Of a stretch of 64,000 nucleotides of DNA, positions 1 to 9,661 are shown one piece after another. Positions within the stretch are counted from its first letter, which is position 1, and each line of letters begins with the position of its first letter. The notes below the pieces were generated by a model that ran no database searches, had not been told where the DNA came from, and worked only from the letters and a program-made list of their open reading frames with translations. A program made the translations under genes and the position numbers. The DNA comes from Clostridia bacterium (GTDB lineage Bacteria; Bacillota; Clostridia; Christensenellales; CAG-138). The stretch lies in contig JAFYHI010000038.1 in assembly GCA_017539215.1 (NCBI GenBank), forward strand, positions 134 through 64,133. The letters are read 5' to 3'.

Positions 1-1
1 C

Positions 2-451
2 CGCGTCATCCGTTCCCACGGCGGCTTCATCTGGGCTCTCAAGAACTACGACGGCGACGTTATGAGCGACATGGTCGCCACCGCCTTCGGTTCCCTTGCC
101 ATGATGACCAGCGTTCTTGTTTCCCCGGACGGCAATTACGAGTACGAGGCCGCTCACGGCACCGTTACCAAGCACTACTACAAGCACATGGCCGGCGAGT
201 CCACCTCGACCAACTCCATGGCTACCATCTTCGCGTGGAGCGGCGCGCTCCGCAAGCGCGGCGAGCTTGATAACCTGCCCGAGCTCATGCACTTTGCCGA
301 CATGCTCGAGAAGGCATCCCTTGACACCATCGCCTCCGGCTATATGACCAAGGACCTTGCTCTGCTCGCCGACATGGAAGAGAAGCACGTTGAGACCACC
401 GAGGGCTTCATCCTCAAGATCAAGGAGAACCTCGATAAGCTCCTCGCCTGA
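2..451 (+). CDS. icd: NADP-dependent isocitrate dehydrogenase, C-terminal fragment (5' end lies outside the window)
   Basis: The frame is open from the window edge. The translation [23 protein letters not shown]...[11 protein letters not shown]...[13 protein letters not shown] fits the eukaryote-like homodimeric IDH family. Stop at 449-451. Confidence 0.85.
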   Translation, partial: RVIRSHGGFIWALKNYDGDVMSDMVATAFGSLAMMTSVLVSPDGNYEYEAAHGTVTKHYYKHMAGESTSTNSMATIFAWSGALRKRGELDNLPELMHFADMLEKASLDTIASGYMTKDLALLADMEEKHVETTEGFILKIKENLDKLLA

Positions 452-526
452 GCATAATCAACAGTTGATCCATTTTGCCTCACAAGCCTCTTGTGGGGCA
501 AAATTGGGTTTTGGAAAGGATATGAA

Positions 527-1033
527 ATGAGTCTTTACAAAGAATGGCAGGACATTGCACAGTCCGCCGGCCGCACTCAGAAGGAGAACGAGCAGTTCTG
601 GCAGAGGTATTTCGACCATGAGACCGAGCTGTATAAGAAGCTCCTTTCCGAGCATGAAACCACCTATTTCGGCACTTTCGAGTCCCTCGCCGAGGGTTTC
701 GAATGGGACAGCCACGAGTTTATAGGCTTCCTCGACGGTATCAACACCAGCCTTGTAAAAGAGCTTGACCTTGATTCCATCACGCCCGAGACCGAGATAG
801 AGCTCAATATCGACTTTGAGAAGCTCCTCTTCAATATGTATGAGGCAAAGGCCCCCTGGCTTTATGAGCTTCCCGAATGGGACGGCGTTCTCCCCGCAGA
901 AAAGCGTGCGGAGATCTACCGTGAGTGGAAGGCCTCCAAGATCTTCGTTGCCGAAAAGAAGGTCGGCCCGAACGATCCCTGTCCCTGCGGCAGCGGAAAA
1001 AAGTACAAGAAGTGCTGCGGCAGGCTTTCCTGA
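527..1033 (+). CDS. SEC-C motif domain protein
   Basis: ATG at 527 follows GGAAAGGA. The C-terminus [15 protein letters not shown] is the SEC-C metal-binding motif. The remainder is unassigned. Confidence 0.7.
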   Translation: MSLYKEWQDIAQSAGRTQKENEQFWQRYFDHETELYKKLLSEHETTYFGTFESLAEGFEWDSHEFIGFLDGINTSLVKELDLDSITPETEIELNIDFEKLLFNMYEAKAPWLYELPEWDGVLPAEKRAEIYREWKASKIFVAEKKVGPNDPCPCGSGKKYKKCCGRLS

Positions 1034-1047
1034 CGCAGATATGTAAA

Positions 1048-1086
1048 AATGCCCCCGAAGCGCGCTTCGGGGGCATTGCCTTTTTC
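1048..1086. terminator. Bidirectional intrinsic terminator between convergent genes
   Basis: 13-bp stem AATGCCCCCGAAG/CTTCGGGGGCATT with loop CGCG, an A-run upstream and a T-run downstream. Confidence 0.75.
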
Positions 1087-1089
1087 TCG

Positions 1090-2055
1090 TCAGTCGGCGT
1101 AAGGCATATCGGCGTATTCGTCCTGATTAACGCCGTTTATGTAGATGCCCCACTCGTCGCCGGTCTTTACCTCGACCGTGACCCTGCCGAGCCTGCCGTC
1201 GGACAGCTTAAGGTCAAGGAAACTCGCGTCATCCGTGCAAACGGGGATGACCTTCTCGCCTGCGGGAACGGTGTACGACTCGCCTTCCGAGCCGTCTTCG
1301 TTCAATATGACAACGTCCATATCGCGCTTGAGCTCACGGGTGAAGAGCTTTTCATCCTGCTCGGTAGGATAGGTGTAATCGGTGAATACTTCAAACCCTT
1401 TTGCGGTCACGCGCGCGTTGGCGGTGATATAGGTCGTGCCGAAGATATCGGTCTGACGGCTAACGGCAAAGCCGTTCTCGGTAGTGAAGGGGCATTCCTC
1501 GGATATGCCGATGCTTACCCAATCCTCGAATACCGAAACGTCGCTTCCGTCGTCGTTCACGCGCATGGCTGCGCTCGTCCAGTCGTCGCTGTCCTGAACG
1601 AAGGACAGTATGACCTCAAGACGGCTGTCGGAAGCGTCGCTGTCGATCACCCACGCAAAACAGTCGTAGCAGCGTTCAACGACATACTCCTTGGGGTTCT
1701 CGGCGTCCGCGCCGCGGGTCAGAACGAGCTTGTACTCATACTCGTCGTACTCGTTCTTTGAAACGGTTTCAAGCAGAACCGTGTCGTCAAGCCCGTCAAA
1801 GTCAACGTCGCAGGTCAGCGCCTCGTCGGGCGTTAATGCCATGCAGTAATCGACGGAGCCCGTCATGGGAGCCTCGGTGGCTTCTTCCGTGGGAGCCTCG
1901 GTCGCTTCTTCGGTTGCAGCGCCGTCATCGGTGGCCGCGGGAGCTTCCGTCTGAGCGCCGTCGGTGGGGGACACGGCGGGATGAACGCCGGGAGTGCAGG
2001 CTGCAAGGGTAAGCAGCATAACAAAGACAACGATAAGGGATAAAGCTTTTTTCAT
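1090..2055 (-). CDS. Lipoprotein of unknown function
   Basis: Signal peptide with lipobox (MKKALSLIVVFVMLLTLAAC). Low-complexity T/E/A/P linker followed by an acidic unassigned domain. GGAGG lies upstream of the ATG. Confidence 0.7.
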   Translation of the reverse strand: MKKALSLIVVFVMLLTLAACTPGVHPAVSPTDGAQTEAPAATDDGAATEEATEAPTEEATEAPMTGSVDYCMALTPDEALTCDVDFDGLDDTVLLETVSKNEYDEYEYKLVLTRGADAENPKEYVVERCYDCFAWVIDSDASDSRLEVILSFVQDSDDWTSAAMRVNDDGSDVSVFEDWVSIGISEECPFTTENGFAVSRQTDIFGTTYITANARVTAKGFEVFTDYTYPTEQDEKLFTRELKRDMDVVILNEDGSEGESYTVPAGEKVIPVCTDDASFLDLKLSDGRLGRVTVEVKTGDEWGIYINGVNQDEYADMPYAD

Positions 2056-2131
2056 AATACCTCCATGCCAAATGGCAAACAGTTTTGACGCGCGGGTCGG
2101 GTTTTCCTCTCCGCGCGTCCAGTATTATAAC

Positions 2132-2164
2132 GCGGGAACCTAAAAAAAGGTTCCCGCTTTTTTC
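2132..2164. terminator. Hairpin downstream of deoC (terminator candidate)
   Basis: GCGGGAACC-TAAAAAAA-GGTTCCCGC followed by TTTTTT on the plus strand. On the minus strand the U-tract is poor. Confidence 0.45.
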
Positions 2165-2183
2165 AAAAACAGTAAATATATTT

Positions 2184-2843
2184 TCAGCCGAGCAGTTTAA
2201 CGCCGTTCGACGTGCCAAGCCTTGACGCACCTGCCGCTATCATCCTTTCGGCGTCTTCGGGGGTGCGAACGCCTCCCGAGGCCTTGACCCCGAGCTTGTC
2301 GCCGACGACTGAGCGCATCAGCGCAACGTCCTCAGGCGTCGCGCCTCCCGTCGAGAAGCCGGTGGAGGTCTTCACAAAATCCGCACCGGCCTTCATCGCA
2401 AGCTCGCAAGCAAGCTTCTTCTCATCATCGGTCAAAAGGCAGGTCTCGATAATGACCTTGACGAGCGCGGACTTCCCCGGAACGCCCTCGTGCGCGGCGT
2501 TCACAACGGCCCTTATGTCGGATTCGACAAAGGCGCGGTCGCCGTCTTTTAACGCACCTACGTTTATTACCATGTCCACCTCATCGGCCCCGTGCTGCAC
2601 GCAGTACAGCGCTTCGTACGCCTTGGCCTCGGTCGCCATCGCGCCAAGCGGGAACCCCACTACGCAGCAGGTCTTCACTCCGCTTCCCTTAAGCGCGTCG
2701 GAAACAAGCGCGCAATGACAGGAATTGACGCATACGCTCATAAACCCGTGCTCCCTTGCTTCGGCGCAAATCTTCAGTATCGCCTCTTTTTTTGCGTCGG
2801 CCTTCAGCAGAGTATGGTCGATGTATTTTTCAATGGAATTCAT
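2184..2843 (-). CDS. deoC: Deoxyribose-phosphate aldolase
   Basis: 219 aa with DeoC-family blocks: IDHTLLK, VCV, DMVIN, and the Schiff-base Lys context FVKTSTGF. Confidence 0.9.
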   Translation of the reverse strand: MNSIEKYIDHTLLKADAKKEAILKICAEAREHGFMSVCVNSCHCALVSDALKGSGVKTCCVVGFPLGAMATEAKAYEALYCVQHGADEVDMVINVGALKDGDRAFVESDIRAVVNAAHEGVPGKSALVKVIIETCLLTDDEKKLACELAMKAGADFVKTSTGFSTGGATPEDVALMRSVVGDKLGVKASGGVRTPEDAERMIAAGASRLGTSNGVKLLG

Positions 2844-2859
2844 GTGTGTTCTCCTTTGC

Positions 2860-3975
2860 TCACATAATATTGAAATGGGAGGGGAGGGGCTTTAAACGCA
2901 CGGCTTCGTCTATCTCGCCGCCGCCGAGGCACTCCTCGCCGTCGTACAGCACGGCCCATTGACCGAGCGTTACCGCGCGTTCCGGCTCGTCAAACTCAAT
3001 AACGCAGCCGCCCCTGGCCGGATGCACGGTCACGCCGCGGTCGGGCTCGCGGTAGCGGAATTTTGCAGTACAGCGAAAGCTGTCGCCGGGGGTCCTGCGT
3101 GATATCATGTGCAGCCTGCCGCAGGTAAGGCTTGTAAAAAACAGCTCCTCATGTTCGCCCTGCTGCACGATGAGGCGGTTGTTTGCAAGGTCCTTGCCCA
3201 CGACGAACCAGCTTTCACCGGTGCCGAAGTCCTTTCCTCCAATACCCAAGCCCTTGCGCTGGCCCATGGTGTAATACATAAGCCCGTCGTGACGGCCCAC
3301 GGTTCTGCCGGTCAGGTCGACGATGTCCCCGGGCTGAGCCGGCAGAAAGCCCATCAAAAACTTTTTGAAGTTGCGCTCGCCAATAAAGCAGACTCCGGTG
3401 GAGTCCTTCTTTGCGGCGGTCGCAAGCCCCGCCTTGGCGGCAAGCTCACGCACTTGGGACTTCTGCATCCCCCCTATGGGGAATGTGGCTTTTTCAAGCT
3501 GCTCTTCGCAAAGCCCCGCCAAAAAATAGGTCTGATCCTTGCTCCGGTCGGCGGAGCGCAAAAGCTTTATCCTGCCGCCCGTTCTGTCGAGCCTCGCGTA
3601 ATGGCCGGTCGCCAACAGTTCCGCGTCCATGCCCATTGCAAAATCGAGGAACGCCTTGAACTTTATCTCGGTGTTGCAGAGTATGTCGGGGTTGGGAGTG
3701 CGGTTCTGCCTGTATTCGGAGAGGAATATCGAAAACACCCTCTCCATGTATTCCTCCGTGAAGTTGACGGTGTAGCAGGGTATGCCGAGCTTTTCCGCAA
3801 CGAGCAGCGCGTCGGCACGGTCTTCGGTGGATGTGCAGACGCCGTTTTCGTCCTTCTCCTCCCAATTTTTCATAAAAACGCCAACGACGTCATAACCCTG
3901 CTCCGCAAGAAGCAGGGCGGCAACGGAAGAATCGACCCCGCCCGACAGCCCGACTACAGCTCTGCCGCGGTCCAT
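2860..3975 (-). CDS. mnmA: tRNA 2-thiouridine(34) synthase MnmA
   Basis: PP-loop motif [13 protein letters not shown] plus MnmA blocks ([23 protein letters not shown]). 371 aa. Confidence 0.92.
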   Translation of the reverse strand: MDRGRAVVGLSGGVDSSVAALLLAEQGYDVVGVFMKNWEEKDENGVCTSTEDRADALLVAEKLGIPCYTVNFTEEYMERVFSIFLSEYRQNRTPNPDILCNTEIKFKAFLDFAMGMDAELLATGHYARLDRTGGRIKLLRSADRSKDQTYFLAGLCEEQLEKATFPIGGMQKSQVRELAAKAGLATAAKKDSTGVCFIGERNFKKFLMGFLPAQPGDIVDLTGRTVGRHDGLMYYTMGQRKGLGIGGKDFGTGESWFVVGKDLANNRLIVQQGEHEELFFTSLTCGRLHMISRRTPGDSFRCTAKFRYREPDRGVTVHPARGGCVIEFDEPERAVTLGQWAVLYDGEECLGGGEIDEAVRLKPLPSHFNIM

Positions 3976-4175
3976 TAAACGGCCTCTGCGGAGATGAACT
4001 CAAACCCCAGATCCTCTACAGCGGCCTTGACGGCGCCGATATCGCCGCCGAATTCGATCGTAAAGTCGTTCAGCTCCATCGAAACGATCCTGGCTCCAAG
4101 TCCCTCCATGGCCTTGGTCATGCGGGCGATGCAGTGGGCGCAGCCCATGCCCGCGGTCTTTATGCGGTAATTCAT
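3975..4175 (-). CDS. Heavy-metal-associated (HMA) domain protein, CopZ-like
   Basis: 66 aa with a GMGCAHC (CxxC) motif near the N-terminus. GGAGG lies 7 nt upstream. Its stop overlaps the mnmA start (TAATG). Confidence 0.75.
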   Translation of the reverse strand: MNYRIKTAGMGCAHCIARMTKAMEGLGARIVSMELNDFTIEFGGDIGAVKAAVEDLGFEFISAEAV

Positions 4176-4326
4176 TTTGCAGCCTCCTTCGGTTTTTTAT
4201 CATTATAACATAACGCGGGGTCAAATACAAATCCCGCTTTTCAAAGCTCGTATCCGTTCCGGATTTCTTGTCGAATTTGGGTATGTACTTTTTCGCCCCA
4301 ACGTGATATAATAACAAAACCGTTAT

Positions 4327-6168
4327 ATGGGGGAATGTATAGTGAAAAAACTTTTTTACATAATACTTTGCTTTGTTTTGACGGCTTGTGCCGTCATACC
4401 TGCATATGCCGAGCCGTCACAGAGCGACCTTGACGCGATAACCACGCCCTACATGTGCCTGTATGAGGCGGACACCGGCACCGTCGTTTATCAGCGCAAT
4501 GCCGAGGCAAAGGCGTTTCCCGCTTCGACCACAAAGATAATGACGGCGATCGTTGCGCTTGAGCATTGTTCCGATATCAACGCGCTTTACACCTGCGGGT
4601 GGGAGGCGCAGAACGGCTTCGGCTCTAAAAGCTCGCTTCTCGGCCTCAAATACGGCTACGTCGTTTCAATAAAAGATATGCTGTACGGGCTTATGCTCTG
4701 CTCCGGCAACGACTGCGGCGCGTGCCTTGCCGTTGCAACCGCCGGTTCCATCGACAACTTCATCGCCCTTATGAACGAGAAGGCCGCCGAGATCGGCATG
4801 ACGGGCACCCATTACACCAACCCGCACGGCCTGCATGACGATAACCACTATACCACCGCGTACGACATGGCGCTTCTTATGCAGCATGCGCTGAAAAACG
4901 ACGTGTTCCGTGAGATCATAAAGACCATTGAGTACACCGTGACCGAGGTCAACGGCAAGTTCACAAAAACCATCCAGACCTCCAATAAGTTCCTCTTTAC
5001 CAAAGAGGGCGTCGATTGGGACAAGAACGAGTACGAGTATGCAATAGGCGGCAAGACGGGCGAAACGAATGTTGCGGGCTACTGCCTTGTCGAGGCGGCG
5101 CAGAAGGACGGCGTTACGCTCATCGCCGTGCTTATGGGCGATCCGAATTATGATACTTCCAAGTTCTATTACCGCTTCCACAGCGCAAGGACGCTCTTTG
5201 AATACGGCTTCGCCAGGTACGCAAGCTACGATCTTGCCCATTACGGGGTTACGAGTGATTTCAATATCAATACCACGGGCTATGCCGCAAACGACCCGAA
5301 TTCCGGCGTCGTCACCGCGTATGTCGATACCTCTTCCGTCAGGATCAGCGGCCTTAAAGAGGATATAGACGCTTACTCCGCTTCGAGCTTTACATGGCTT
5401 GAGCCCGCGCTTGATCCCGCCGCCGTCGCTGCTCCCGTCAATATAGGCGACAAGCTCGGCACGGCTACCCTTACCCTTAACGGGAAGGAGCTGTTTACGG
5501 GCGACCTTATCGCGGCCTTCTCCGTGCAGGCGGATGCGAGCGTTTCCGATACCGACGTTCCATCCGGCATAATCGACGATGATCATACCGGCAGGCGCGA
5601 CGTAAACAACCTGACCGTCAGCAAGAACGGCGGCAACGCCGACTATACCGTATGGGTCTATTATAACGATACGCTCTTTACCATGCAGGACGGCAAGGAG
5701 TGGTATTATCTCTTCTGCGACGGCGACGTGTTCCGCTCCGCGCGCGTTCCCGCCGCCGAGCATGAGATCAGGCTTTATGCGCAGTCTCCCGAGTCCGGCG
5801 CATGGGAGCCCACATCTTCCATCGAGCCCGGCGGCAGGTATGCCGTAGTATCCGGGGGCAAAGCGCTGCAGGCCGTCAGAAAGGGCAGGAGCCTCGCCGC
5901 GCTTCCCGTTACAGTAGGCGACGACGGCAGCATAACGGATGCTCTGCCCGAGTCCGCTGTATGGACGTTTACCCCCAACGGCGCCGGTTTCCAGCTCACT
6001 TCCGGCGGACTGTATCTGCACCGCAGCGGGGGCGACGGGCTTCTGTTCTGGATACTCATCGCCGTGCTTGTAATAGCCGTTATAGTCGTTATTCGCCTTA
6101 TTGCCACCAACCGCCGCAGGAGGCGCAATCCCAAGCGCCGCGGGCGTTATAAGATCTATCGCATGTAA
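4327..6168 (+). CDS. D-alanyl-D-alanine carboxypeptidase (S11/PBP5 family) with C-terminal extension and TM anchor
   Basis: All three catalytic motifs are present: STTK, SGN and KTG. Signal peptide present. GTG at 4342, with GGGGGA upstream, is an alternative start. The C-terminus carries a hydrophobic helix and an R-rich tail. Confidence 0.85.
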   Translation: MGECIVKKLFYIILCFVLTACAVIPAYAEPSQSDLDAITTPYMCLYEADTGTVVYQRNAEAKAFPASTTKIMTAIVALEHCSDINALYTCGWEAQNGFGSKSSLLGLKYGYVVSIKDMLYGLMLCSGNDCGACLAVATAGSIDNFIALMNEKAAEIGMTGTHYTNPHGLHDDNHYTTAYDMALLMQHALKNDVFREIIKTIEYTVTEVNGKFTKTIQTSNKFLFTKEGVDWDKNEYEYAIGGKTGETNVAGYCLVEAAQKDGVTLIAVLMGDPNYDTSKFYYRFHSARTLFEYGFARYASYDLAHYGVTSDFNINTTGYAANDPNSGVVTAYVDTSSVRISGLKEDIDAYSASSFTWLEPALDPAAVAAPVNIGDKLGTATLTLNGKELFTGDLIAAFSVQADASVSDTDVPSGIIDDDHTGRRDVNNLTVSKNGGNADYTVWVYYNDTLFTMQDGKEWYYLFCDGDVFRSARVPAAEHEIRLYAQSPESGAWEPTSSIEPGGRYAVVSGGKALQAVRKGRSLAALPVTVGDDGSITDALPESAVWTFTPNGAGFQLTSGGLYLHRSGGDGLLFWILIAVLVIAVIVVIRLIATNRRRRRNPKRRGRYKIYRM

Positions 6169-6250
6169 GGTCCTTTGCGGAATTTGCGGCTTTGTGCAAG
6201 TTTCCCCATTCGGGGTTGCCAAAGCCGCTTTTGTGCATTATAATCGGTCT

Positions 6251-6988
6251 ATGCAGTACGAAAAGCTTGCACAGTTATATGACCTGTTTATGGCGGGCGT
6301 CGATTACGACGCCTGGGCCGCTTATGTAGCGGGTTTTTTGCCCGCGTCGGCTTTCATCGTGGAATGCGCCTGCGGCACGGGCGAGGTCAGCCTGCGCCTT
6401 GCCAAAATGGGCTTTAACGTGACCGCCGCCGATATCTCTCAGGATATGCTCATAAAGGCCGCCGAAAAACAGCGTAAATACGGGCTCTCCGCGGCTTCTC
6501 TGCGCTTTGTGCAAATGGATATGCGCTGCGTTGCGGCCCATAAAAAGGCCGACGCCGTCGTCGCCTGCTGCGACGGGGTCAATTATCTTACCTCGCTTGC
6601 AGACGTTGAAAGGTTCTTCTCTTCCGCATATGCAGTGCTCAAAAGCGGGGGCAGGCTGCTGTTTGACGTTTCCTCACGGTATAAGCTCGAAAACGTGCTC
6701 GGTTCAAACGCCTTCTGCGATAACGGCGAGGAGGCGGCTTACCTTTGGCAAAACAGTTACGATCCGGCATCCAAGCTGATCGGAATGGACCTGTCGTTCT
6801 TCAAACGCACGGACAGCGGCCTTTACGAACGTTTTGATGAGTCGCATATCCAGCGCGCGCATTCCGTGCGGGAGCTTTGCAATAGGCTTGAAAAGACGGG
6901 GTTTGCTTACTCCGTTTACGCTTTCGGGGGCACGGAGCCTCCGGACGAAACCTGTGAAAGGATACAATTTGTTGCTGAAAAACCATGA
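6251..6988 (+). CDS. Class I SAM-dependent methyltransferase
   Basis: Motif I is VECACGTGEVS. I chose the ATG at 6251 (MQYEKLAQLYD) because the upstream part of ORF 6101 overlaps the previous gene. Confidence 0.75.
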   Translation: MQYEKLAQLYDLFMAGVDYDAWAAYVAGFLPASAFIVECACGTGEVSLRLAKMGFNVTAADISQDMLIKAAEKQRKYGLSAASLRFVQMDMRCVAAHKKADAVVACCDGVNYLTSLADVERFFSSAYAVLKSGGRLLFDVSSRYKLENVLGSNAFCDNGEEAAYLWQNSYDPASKLIGMDLSFFKRTDSGLYERFDESHIQRAHSVRELCNRLEKTGFAYSVYAFGGTEPPDETCERIQFVAEKP

Positions 6989-7896
6989 ATGATAAACTTA
7001 TCCGCGGTCTTTTAATGGAAGGCAGCGTAAACATGACAATGATATCCGGACGCGAGCTCGTTGAGGCCGCAAGGCAGGCACACGGGCTTTCCCACGTTAT
7101 GACCGCCGCGCTGGGGCGCCTTCTGATGCAGACCGCTATGATGAGCGCACAGCTTAAAAGCAAGACCGACAATATCACCGTCATATTCGACGGCGACGGC
7201 CCCGCGGGGCGCCTCGTTGCCGTTGGGCGTGAGGGCGGCGTTGTCAAGGGCTACGCTGACGACCCTTCCGTCGAGCTTCCGCTAAACGGCAAGGGCAAGC
7301 TTGACGTATCGGGCGCTGTCGGCAAAAGAGGCGAGCTCCGCGTAATACGCGACCTTAGTCTGAAGGAGCCTTACGTCGGGCGCTGCCCCATAACCGACGG
7401 CGAGATAGCAAACGATTTTGCGAACTACTTCTTCACATCCGAGCAGCAGCCCTCTCTCGTTTATCTTGGAGTGCGTGTCGACCCGGCTTCGGGCGCCGTT
7501 CGCGCCGCATCCGGGCTGCTTATTCAGCCGCTTCCCTTCTGCCCGGAGCGCGATATCGCCGCGCTTGAGGCCAAGGCTTCCGAGATCCCCGCGCTTACAA
7601 AAATGCTTGAGGAGGGCTTTGAGGCGGAGGACGCTTTGATCGAGCTGCTTGGCGAGCTGCATCCGGAGTTCACGGAAAAGCTCGAGCCGCGCTTTATGTG
7701 CGATTGTTCAAGGCAAAAGATAGAGGCCGCGCTCGTTTCCCTGGGCAGGGACGAGCTTGCCGATATGATAGAAAAGGACGGCGGCGCAGAGCTTACCTGC
7801 AGGTTCTGCGGCAGCAGATACGTTTTCAATAAAGAGGAGCTGACGTCGCTTCTTGAGTATGCTTCGTCCGGAGGGGCAGAGGATGCCGACCGATAA
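6985..7896 (+). CDS. hslO: Hsp33 family redox-regulated chaperonin
   Basis: C-terminal zinc centre CDCS...CRFCGSRY and Hsp33-like N-terminal blocks. ATGA overlap with the upstream gene. Confidence 0.88.
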   Translation: MNDKLIRGLLMEGSVNMTMISGRELVEAARQAHGLSHVMTAALGRLLMQTAMMSAQLKSKTDNITVIFDGDGPAGRLVAVGREGGVVKGYADDPSVELPLNGKGKLDVSGAVGKRGELRVIRDLSLKEPYVGRCPITDGEIANDFANYFFTSEQQPSLVYLGVRVDPASGAVRAASGLLIQPLPFCPERDIAALEAKASEIPALTKMLEEGFEAEDALIELLGELHPEFTEKLEPRFMCDCSRQKIEAALVSLGRDELADMIEKDGGAELTCRFCGSRYVFNKEELTSLLEYASSGGAEDADR

Positions 7897-9661
7897 AAAC
7901 AAGGATAAAAGGGGCAAGGTGCTCTCCTTTGAAAGGGACAATTCCTTTTTCGTTCAAAGGGGTGACGCCCGCCGCGCCCAAAACGACCCTGTCAGCGCAA
8001 TGGCGATGTATAATGAGGCTTTGGAGCGCGATCCCGACGATCTTGACACCCGTTTGGCGGCGGCGCAGCTTCTGACGGATATGTCCCGCTTCAACGACTC
8101 CAACCGTCTGCTCATCCCTTATATGCATAAGGACGAGGATTACAGGCGCGAGGCTTACTGCATAGTCGGCTTCAACCTTATCGGCCTTAATGAGTCGGAG
8201 GGGGCAAGGCTGTGCTTCGAACGCTTCTTCGAGTCCACGGACGAGGTCTCGCCGCGCACCGACGCAATGCTCGATGCTTTGGATTATCTCGATTCCGCAG
8301 AGCCGGAGGACGAATACCTGAAGGACGCTTCCGACGCATATCTTTTGGCGCGCCTCGGCGCGGCCGCCACGGCCTTCGAAAACGGCAATTTTCCCTTCGC
8401 CACCAAGCTTTTCGGCGCACTCTTCGAAAAGTATCCGTCAAACCTCGATGTCAATTACAGGTATGCGCTTTCGCTGCTTTGCGAAAAACGGTATGAAGAG
8501 TCAAGGGCCGCGGCCGGTAATGTGCTTGAAAAGGACGCCGCTCATATCGGAGCGCTTTCCGTGGCAATGCTTGCATCGAATGCCACGGGCAATGAACTTG
8601 ACTGCGCTCAGCTTGCAAAAAGGCTCGAGAATGCAGATACAAACGACATTGACGAGCTGTTTCGCATAAACGGGGCGCTTATCGAATGCGGCAGGTTCGA
8701 ACAGGCAGAATCCTCGGGAAGAAAGCTCGTCAAGCTTTTGCCGTATTCGCCGCAGGCAAACCACAGACTTGCGATAAGCCTGATGAAGCAGGGCAAATAC
8801 CAAAAGGCGGCAGAGCTTTACGATAAATTATTGAAGATAGACCGCTCCGACCTTGTTGCCAAATACTTTATGACGGGCTGCCTTGACGCGCTCAACAAGG
8901 GCGGGACGGCTTTCCCCGAAGGGCATGTCATGGTCCATTATCAAGTCCCGTTCAGCGAGATAATCGAAACCGTGCGTTCCATCATCGACAATAAGGACGC
9001 ACCTCCCGAGCAAATAGCCGCCGATTGGAAAACCGACCGCAGCGTGCGCGACAGGATACGCTGGTCGTTTTCGCTTGGCGAGTTCAACATCATCTGCGCA
9101 ATGACTGCGCTTCTGCGTGTGATAGGCGATGAAAACGCGGAGCTTCTCCTGCGCGAGGTCATTTCGGATATCGACGTGTCCGACGCCGTGATAAACGAGG
9201 TGCTCGGCGCTCTTAAGGCAATAAACGCCCCCGAGCCCTATTTCGCAATGGCAGGCGGACGCCTGCTCGAGGGACGCGTAAACGTGGTGGATCTTGACAA
9301 GGCGCATATTCCCGCCAATTACCGAAGCATCTTTCCCAGGATAATGAAGGTATCCGACGGGCTTTACAGCACCGAGGTGTTCAAGACCGCCGGCACCATA
9401 ACCGAGCGTTTTCTCGTCGGCTCCTCGGGCGAATACAGGCATATTTCAAAGGAGCAATCCGTGGCGCTTTCCGCCGCCGTGGAGTTTCTTGCCTGTGAAA
9501 AGTGCGGCGCAATGGTGGCCGATGACCTGTGCGAGCGTTACGGCATAACCGAACGCAGGCTTGAAAACGCCGTGAACCGCCTTATCGGCATACTGATGCA
9601 GGCGGGAGAGAAGGCTGCGGATATCGAAGCGGGCCATGATGGGGAGTACGGTGATGAGTAA
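7883..9661 (+). CDS. TPR-repeat protein of unknown function
   Basis: TPR-like helical repeats are visible by eye (AMAMYNEALERDPDD, QGKYQKAAELYDKLLKIDRSD). The ATG at 7883 lies 14 nt inside the end of hslO. Confidence 0.65.
   Translation: MPTDKNKDKRGKVLSFERDNSFFVQRGDARRAQNDPVSAMAMYNEALERDPDDLDTRLAAAQLLTDMSRFNDSNRLLIPYMHKDEDYRREAYCIVGFNLIGLNESEGARLCFERFFESTDEVSPRTDAMLDALDYLDSAEPEDEYLKDASDAYLLARLGAAATAFENGNFPFATKLFGALFEKYPSNLDVNYRYALSLLCEKRYEESRAAAGNVLEKDAAHIGALSVAMLASNATGNELDCAQLAKRLENADTNDIDELFRINGALIECGRFEQAESSGRKLVKLLPYSPQANHRLAISLMKQGKYQKAAELYDKLLKIDRSDLVAKYFMTGCLDALNKGGTAFPEGHVMVHYQVPFSEIIETVRSIIDNKDAPPEQIAADWKTDRSVRDRIRWSFSLGEFNIICAMTALLRVIGDENAELLLREVISDIDVSDAVINEVLGALKAINAPEPYFAMAGGRLLEGRVNVVDLDKAHIPANYRSIFPRIMKVSDGLYSTEVFKTAGTITERFLVGSSGEYRHISKEQSVALSAAVEFLACEKCGAMVADDLCERYGITERRLENAVNRLIGILMQAGEKAADIEAGHDGEYGDE

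Noticed and set aside
1867-1914. Two tandem 24-nt repeats (GGGAGCCTCGGT(G/C)GCTTCTTC(C/G)GT)
   Set aside because: They encode the low-complexity TEEATEAP linker of the lipoprotein on the minus strand. With only two copies, this is not a CRISPR-like array or a regulatory repeat.
2087-2119. 9-bp GC hairpin (GACGCGCGG...CCGCGCGTC) upstream of the lipoprotein gene
   Set aside because: It has no U-tract on either strand and no repeat copies elsewhere in the window. The evidence is insufficient to call a terminator, a REP element or a riboswitch.
4666-6222. 518-aa ORF antisense to the S11 carboxypeptidase gene
   Set aside because: It lies entirely opposite a gene with clear catalytic motifs. The composition is Gly/Ala/Arg/Val-rich and low-complexity, with no RBS or recognisable motif. 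This is typical of stop-free antisense frames in GC3-rich coding DNA.
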